This document shows positions 37,401 to 41,240 of a stretch of DNA of 41,240 bases, in pieces. Every line of letters starts with the position of its first letter. Position 1 is the stretch's first letter. The stretch spans positions 1 through 41,240 of the forward strand of contig JBKJOZ010000133.1 of the NCBI GenBank assembly GCA_046595315.1, written 5' to 3'. Made by a program: the position numbers and the translations under genes. Below the pieces are notes generated by a model. The model had not been told where the DNA came from, ran no database searches, and worked only from the letters and a program-made list of their open reading frames with translations. This DNA is from Limisphaerales bacterium (GTDB taxonomy: Bacteria; Verrucomicrobiota; Verrucomicrobiia; Limisphaerales; CANJXF01).

Positions 37401-37757
37401 ATACCCATCCTCAGGAACCACTTTTGGGAAATTTTGCCCCTCATCCTCTGCCCGCAAGTAAACCGCAAAAACTTCCCGATTCTTCGTGTAAATACAGCCC
37501 GCTTTGATATTGGGTTCCGCCCGAAGAGCCGACAACGTTTCCACCGCACTTTCCTGATCATTAAAATTTAGCGCCGCCGTCGAATTGTTCCCCACAATTT
37601 TTGCCAGTGTGGAGAGATTTCTCACCAGCGCACGATGCAACGTGACCACGTCGTAGGTCGCGAACGTCACGCACGTCAGGAGCAGCGCAACCCCGCTTGT
37701 CAGCATGACAATTAACGCCTGCTTTCGTTGGAGCGAAAATTTGTGGAGAAATTTCAT
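34485..37757 (-). CDS. Membrane sensor histidine kinase (CHASE-like periplasmic domain, HAMP, PAS x3, GAF)
   Basis: Two TM helices around NSTAALNFND; HAMP (DELGSLVDNFNEML); PAS units; H-box GMAEVATSVLHNVGNVLN; DNGVGI, GFTTR, GHGFGLHS. Start ATG at 37757. Confidence 0.92.
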   Translation of the reverse strand: MKFLHKFSLQRKQALIVMLTSGVALLLTCVTFATYDVVTLHRALVRNLSTLAKIVGNNSTAALNFNDQESAVETLSALRAEPNIKAGCIYTKNREVFAVYLRAEDEGQNFPKVVPEDGYYFDGDTLHIFRRIEHKGEFIGTVYVESDLEALYSRLRRYFLIAFCVFVAASLVSLLLSTKLQKLISSPILHLVTMAKAVARDKNYSLRAIKQSDDELGSLVDNFNEMLAQIQLRDGELQKAKDDLELRVEKRTRDLRSSEERFSNAFEHAAIGMAMVGLDGRWLKVNKTLCAMLGYSAEELSRKTFQDLTHPDDLNSDLENVRQILEGEIRFYHMEKRYFHKAGHLVWALLGVSLIRDAHGKPVNFISQIQDITERKRSEELLWRTEELYRRAIGGAGAVPYSYDYKTKTYLFMGEGIEHLIGYAPQEITGALWKQIIRESIMGGEAAGLDKAEAARRVAEGDVRQWRCDMRVVTKAGKSRWISDASVQNLDENGVPTGSMGILQDITERKQAEISAIAFSKLGQNLSSATSMKEAADVIGEVVNVLFGWDAFWLKLYDVEKDEIYSEFIVDTVDGHRVVEQSSAGREPTALYRRILTTGAELILRDNPEAMLLGAVPFGNKSRPSASIMFAPILSAGRAVGIFSAQSYTPKAYTEQDLKTFEILANQCGGAFERIWAEEARRKSESQFRLVWNASADGMRLADRAGNVLTVNEAYCQMVGKTRQELEGQPLSIIHSSENAERVLARHKEQIETNSFKLHLEKEVSLWDGRKIWFELSNSILHLPGQPPLLLSIFRDITQRKQAEAELTTLHTQLLDTSRQAGMAEVATSVLHNVGNVLNSVNVSSSLIREKIKKSKVSNLGKVVTIFDEHAKDLPAFFAKDARSRQLPDYLAQLSQHLVCEQQEVLEEVSSLVSNIEHIKEIVTMQQSYAKVSGISEMLQVVDLVEDAVRMNAGGLERHGVRIIREFSKVPPILVEKHKVLQILVNLMRNSKHALDDRGAEDKELRLRIDQPNQNTVRISVSDNGVGIPAENLTRIFAHGFTTRQNGHGFGLHSGALAAKEMGGALLAQSEGIGKGAVFTLELPYQRIDL

Positions 37758-37948
37758 GATTTCTTCGGCCACTTTTCCTAATCCCTCAAGCAAGGATTGA
37801 AATGAATGGCGAAAATCGCGTAGAGCCGGTTTGACTTCCGGCTATGTCTCAAATTGGGATGAGTCTGCCAACTTTTAGTTTTGTAAATTTTCACACCTAT
37901 CATTTTCGCTCCGTTATCGATAATTAAACACTGCAGAACTGGGGTTAT

Positions 37949-37965
37949 AGCCGTAACCATGCCAA
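37949..37965 (-). promoter_or_regulatory. Possible sigma54 (-24/-12) promoter upstream of the kinase cluster
   Basis: Minus strand TTGGCATGGTTACGGCT, i.e. GG-N10-GC spacing; strong -24 element, weak -12. Confidence 0.3.
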
Positions 37966-38032
37966 AATAGGAATTTAGAGGGAAACTGAAGAGACCAATT
38001 GGAGACTCGAGGTGCGATCTGAAAAAAGAGGT

Positions 38033-39004
38033 TTATCCGCGGTTCGCGTTCGGGATATTTACGAAATTAACAGCAGGTTCGCCTCGCAACACCCGATCCA
38101 AATCCTCACACACGCACTCCATCGTGCGAGTCTGCGCTTCTGCTGTGAATGCGCCGATGTGCGGCGTCAGAATTACATTTTCCATTTCCACCAACGCCGA
38201 TTTTTCCTGAGGCGGTTCCACTTCCCGAACGTCCAATGCCGCGCCGCCCAGATGATTATTTTTTAGCGCGATGAGCAAAGCCAATTCGTCCATCACGCCG
38301 CCGCGCGACGTGTTGATGAAAAAGCTGCCGGGCTTCATCGCCGCAAATTTTTCCGCGCTGAACATGTGCTTTGTCTCCGGCGTCAGCGGCAAATGAACCG
38401 TCACAAAATCAGCAATCGCCAAACCTTCTTCGAGTTTCATCGCGAGCGTCGCGCCAACTTCGCCCACGTGAATAGAATCTTCCTCAATAAACGGATCAAA
38501 CACGACCACACGCATTCCAAAAACTTTCGCGCGCGCCGCCACCATCCGTCCGATGCGACCAAACCCGCAGATCAAAATGGTTTTTCGATCCAGTTCGATG
38601 CCGGTGCAATTTTTGCGGTCCCATCCGCCAGCCTTGGTCGAGCGATCGGAAAACGGAATTTTTCTCGCAAGGGAAAGCATCAGGCCAAGCGTTAATTCCG
38701 CCACGCTCGTCGCATTGGCAGTGAGCGGCGCAATGACCACAATCCCTCGTTCCGTTGCGGCTTTAACATCGATGTTGTCGAGGCCAACCCCGACGCGACC
38801 AATCGCAAGTAGATTGGGCGCGGCGGATATAACTTCAGCGGTGAGTTGTGTTTGATTGCGCACCATGACCGCACGCGCGTCACCGAGAAGATTTTTAAGT
38901 TGCGCAGAATCTTTCCAAAGCGCCGGTTCACGAACGATTTGATATTTGCCCGCGAGTTTTTCAATCGCAGGCGAATCAAGTTCTTCTGAAATCAGAATGT
39001 CCAT
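38033..39004 (-). CDS. D-isomer-specific 2-hydroxyacid dehydrogenase (SerA-like, no ACT domain)
   Basis: GRVGVGLDNID, NATSVAE, GFGRIG, HLPLTPET, INTSRG, ALDV...EP, TPHIG. Confidence 0.9.
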   Translation of the reverse strand: MDILISEELDSPAIEKLAGKYQIVREPALWKDSAQLKNLLGDARAVMVRNQTQLTAEVISAAPNLLAIGRVGVGLDNIDVKAATERGIVVIAPLTANATSVAELTLGLMLSLARKIPFSDRSTKAGGWDRKNCTGIELDRKTILICGFGRIGRMVAARAKVFGMRVVVFDPFIEEDSIHVGEVGATLAMKLEEGLAIADFVTVHLPLTPETKHMFSAEKFAAMKPGSFFINTSRGGVMDELALLIALKNNHLGGAALDVREVEPPQEKSALVEMENVILTPHIGAFTAEAQTRTMECVCEDLDRVLRGEPAVNFVNIPNANRG

Positions 39005-39023
39005 TGCCGGAACTTTTACCTTT

Positions 39024-39047
39024 CTCCGCGCCTCCGCGTCTCCGCGG
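39024..39047 (+). repeat. Tandem 8-mer repeat x3
   Basis: CTCCGCGC-CTCCGCGT-CTCCGCGG in the thrC/dehydrogenase spacer. Confidence 0.8.
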
Positions 39048-39052
39048 TAAAT

Positions 39053-40273
39053 TTAAATTTTGTCCCAATCAATCGGTTTAGTAATGTCGATCCTCTGCAA
39101 TTGCTCCTGAACCGCTTCGGGATATTTTTGCGCTGCGCCCGTGTTGAAAATCAAAACACGATCCGTTTTTTTGATCGTTCCACGTTTCAACAATTCTTCC
39201 AGTGCGCCGAGGCAAATCGCCGTTTCAGGACAAAGCGCAATTCCTTCACTCGACGCCGCCATCTGCATAAATTTCGGAATATCTTTTTCCGCCGTGGCAA
39301 TGGCGACGCCGCCGCTTTCGCGCACCGCATCGAGAATCATAAAATCTCCGACCGCCACCGGCACACGAATCCCGCTCGCGACCGTTGCAGCGTTTTCAAA
39401 TAATTTTGCGAAGCGCTCACCTTTGTCGAACGCGGTGGAAATCGGCGCGCAACCTTCGCTCTGGCAGGAAATCATTTTCGGTTTCTTCGGCGATTTCAGC
39501 CAGCCCATCGCTTCGAGTTCGGCGAACGCTTTCCACATGCCGATCAAACCGGTGCCGCCGCCGGTTGGATACAAAATTACGTCGGGCAATTCCCAGTCGA
39601 ATTGCTCGGCGAGTTCTAGCCCCATCGTTTTTTTGCCTTCGATGCGATACGGCTCTTTCAAAGTGGAAAGATCAAACCAGCCTTTTTTCGTCTTTCCTTC
39701 CCCGACAATTTTGCCGCAATCATTGATTAGCCCATTCACCGAAAACGTTTTGGCGCCCGCCAGATAACATTCCTTTTTGTTAATCATCGGCGTGTCTTCC
39801 GGCATGAAAACGTAAGCCTCCATTCCCGCGCGCGCAGCGTAAGCGGCCATTGCGCCGCCTGCATTTCCAGCGGTCGGACACGCGACTTTTTTTATCCCAA
39901 ATTCGTTTGCCATCGAAATCGCCATGGCCATCCCGCGCGATTTGAAACTGCCGGTCGGCAAACGGCTTTCGTCTTTTACAAGCAAACTTTTCATACCGAA
40001 ATGCGACGCGAGCCGTTTGCAATCGAGAATTGGCGAAATGGTTTCCGTGAGCGAAACGATTTTGTCCGGATTGGAAATCGGCAACATTTCCAGATAGCGC
40101 CAAATTGTCGGCGGCCGGCCGACCAAATCTTTTTTGGTAAAATTTTTCTTCAGCGCTTCGAGATCGTATTTGACCCAGAGCGGGCGATTGCACGCCGTGC
40201 AAAGATTGTGGATTTTTCCTTTTTCGTAGTGAACGCCACAGTTGGCGCATTCGAGATGAGTGACAAAATTCAT
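39053..40273 (-). CDS. thrC: Threonine synthase (PLP fold-type II) with N-terminal CxxC..CxxC
   Basis: KDESRLPTGSFKSRG (PLP lysine), TAGNAG, EPYRIEGKKTMG, YPTGGGTG, FNTG. Confidence 0.85.
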   Translation of the reverse strand: MNFVTHLECANCGVHYEKGKIHNLCTACNRPLWVKYDLEALKKNFTKKDLVGRPPTIWRYLEMLPISNPDKIVSLTETISPILDCKRLASHFGMKSLLVKDESRLPTGSFKSRGMAMAISMANEFGIKKVACPTAGNAGGAMAAYAARAGMEAYVFMPEDTPMINKKECYLAGAKTFSVNGLINDCGKIVGEGKTKKGWFDLSTLKEPYRIEGKKTMGLELAEQFDWELPDVILYPTGGGTGLIGMWKAFAELEAMGWLKSPKKPKMISCQSEGCAPISTAFDKGERFAKLFENAATVASGIRVPVAVGDFMILDAVRESGGVAIATAEKDIPKFMQMAASSEGIALCPETAICLGALEELLKRGTIKKTDRVLIFNTGAAQKYPEAVQEQLQRIDITKPIDWDKI

Positions 40274-40369
40274 AATAAGATTGAAACGTCGCGCTGCGGC
40301 CGCGTCAAGTGAGCTTCCGGTAGGTTTTAGGTTTTCGGACGAGAGATGTTTTTAAAATAAAACCAGCGA

Positions 40370-41239
40370 CTAAAGTTTTTTGCCGGTCAATTTCTCAAAC
40401 GCTTCCAAATATTTTTCCGTCGTTTTCTCCACGACATTCTTTGGCAGCACCGGTGCGGGCGGTTGTTTGTCCCAATCCAACGTTTCGAGATAATCGCGGA
40501 CGAATTGTTTGTCAAAACTCGGCTGGCCTTTGCCCGGCTGATATTCGCTGGCAGGCCAGAAGCGCGAGGAATCCGGCGTTAAAACTTCATCGATCAAAAT
40601 TAATTTTCCTTCGAAAAGCCCGAATTCAAATTTGGTGTCGGCGATGATGATGCCGCGCTGGCGGGCGTAATCGCGACCCGCTTTGTAAATTTTCAAACTC
40701 AAATCACGCACCTGATTTGCGATTTCACTGCCCACAAGTTTTTCCGCTTCTTCAAAGGAAATATTTTCGTCGTGCCCCGATTCCGCCTTGGTCGAGGGAG
40801 TGAACAACGGTTCGGGCAACTCCGCCGATTCCGTCAAGTTTGCTGGCAACTGAATCCCGCAAACCGTTCCCGATTTTTTGTATTCCTTCCAACCGCTCCC
40901 TGACAAATAACCGCGCACGATGCATTCGATGACCAGTGGCTGCGCCTTTTTCACGATCATGCTGCGCCGCGCGATTTTGTCTGCGAACGGTTCAAGATTC
41001 TTCGGCAACGGATCGTTCGCGCCAGCCAGCAAATGGTTCGGAACCAGCGCGGCAAATTTCTCAAACCAGAAGTGGGAAATTTGTGTGAGCACTTCGCCTT
41101 TGCGGGGAATGCCGTTGGGCATTACGCAATCGAATGCGGAAATGCGATCGCTCGCCACGAGGAGAAAACTGTCACCGAGATCAAAAACTTCGCGGACTTT
41201 TCCGCTGCGAACTTTTTTGAGGCCAGGCAAATCGAGTTG
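40370..41239 (-). CDS. purC: SAICAR synthetase (5' end lies outside the window)
   Basis: [69 protein letters not shown]. Confidence 0.97.
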   Translation of the reverse strand, partial: QLDLPGLKKVRSGKVREVFDLGDSFLLVASDRISAFDCVMPNGIPRKGEVLTQISHFWFEKFAALVPNHLLAGANDPLPKNLEPFADKIARRSMIVKKAQPLVIECIVRGYLSGSGWKEYKKSGTVCGIQLPANLTESAELPEPLFTPSTKAESGHDENISFEEAEKLVGSEIANQVRDLSLKIYKAGRDYARQRGIIIADTKFEFGLFEGKLILIDEVLTPDSSRFWPASEYQPGKGQPSFDKQFVRDYLETLDWDKQPPAPVLPKNVVEKTTEKYLEAFEKLTGKKL

Positions 41240-41240
41240 G

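Overview
An ordinary, gene-dense bacterial chromosomal segment. Gene content and style suggest a Verrucomicrobiota (Pedosphaera-like) genome, which is an inference. Left to right: the 3' part of the hopanoid radical-SAM gene hpnJ and a second radical-SAM gene; a secreted amidase with a repeat domain; a SNF2 helicase; a candidate structured ncRNA; three uncharacterised exported proteins; tRNA-Gln and ispE; a metal (Zn/Mn-type) uptake operon (OM barrel, SBP, permease, no ATPase) headed by a small His/Cys RAPP-motif leader ORF; purH; a polysaccharide export cluster (OM beta-barrel, Wzc, short OPX, degenerate FHA protein) behind a sigma54 two-component pair and a GT-C glycosyltransferase; corA; a ThuA-domain protein; three multi-PAS histidine kinases; a SerA-like dehydrogenase, thrC and a partial purC. 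The best candidate for an under-described system is a putative metal-sensing ribosome-arrest (RAPP) leader peptide. Its mRNA carries a perfect anti-Shine-Dalgarno for the downstream metal-uptake porin, placed where a stalled ribosome would cover it. No transposase, integrase, CRISPR array or rRNA was seen. All family assignments come from motif recognition, not database searches.
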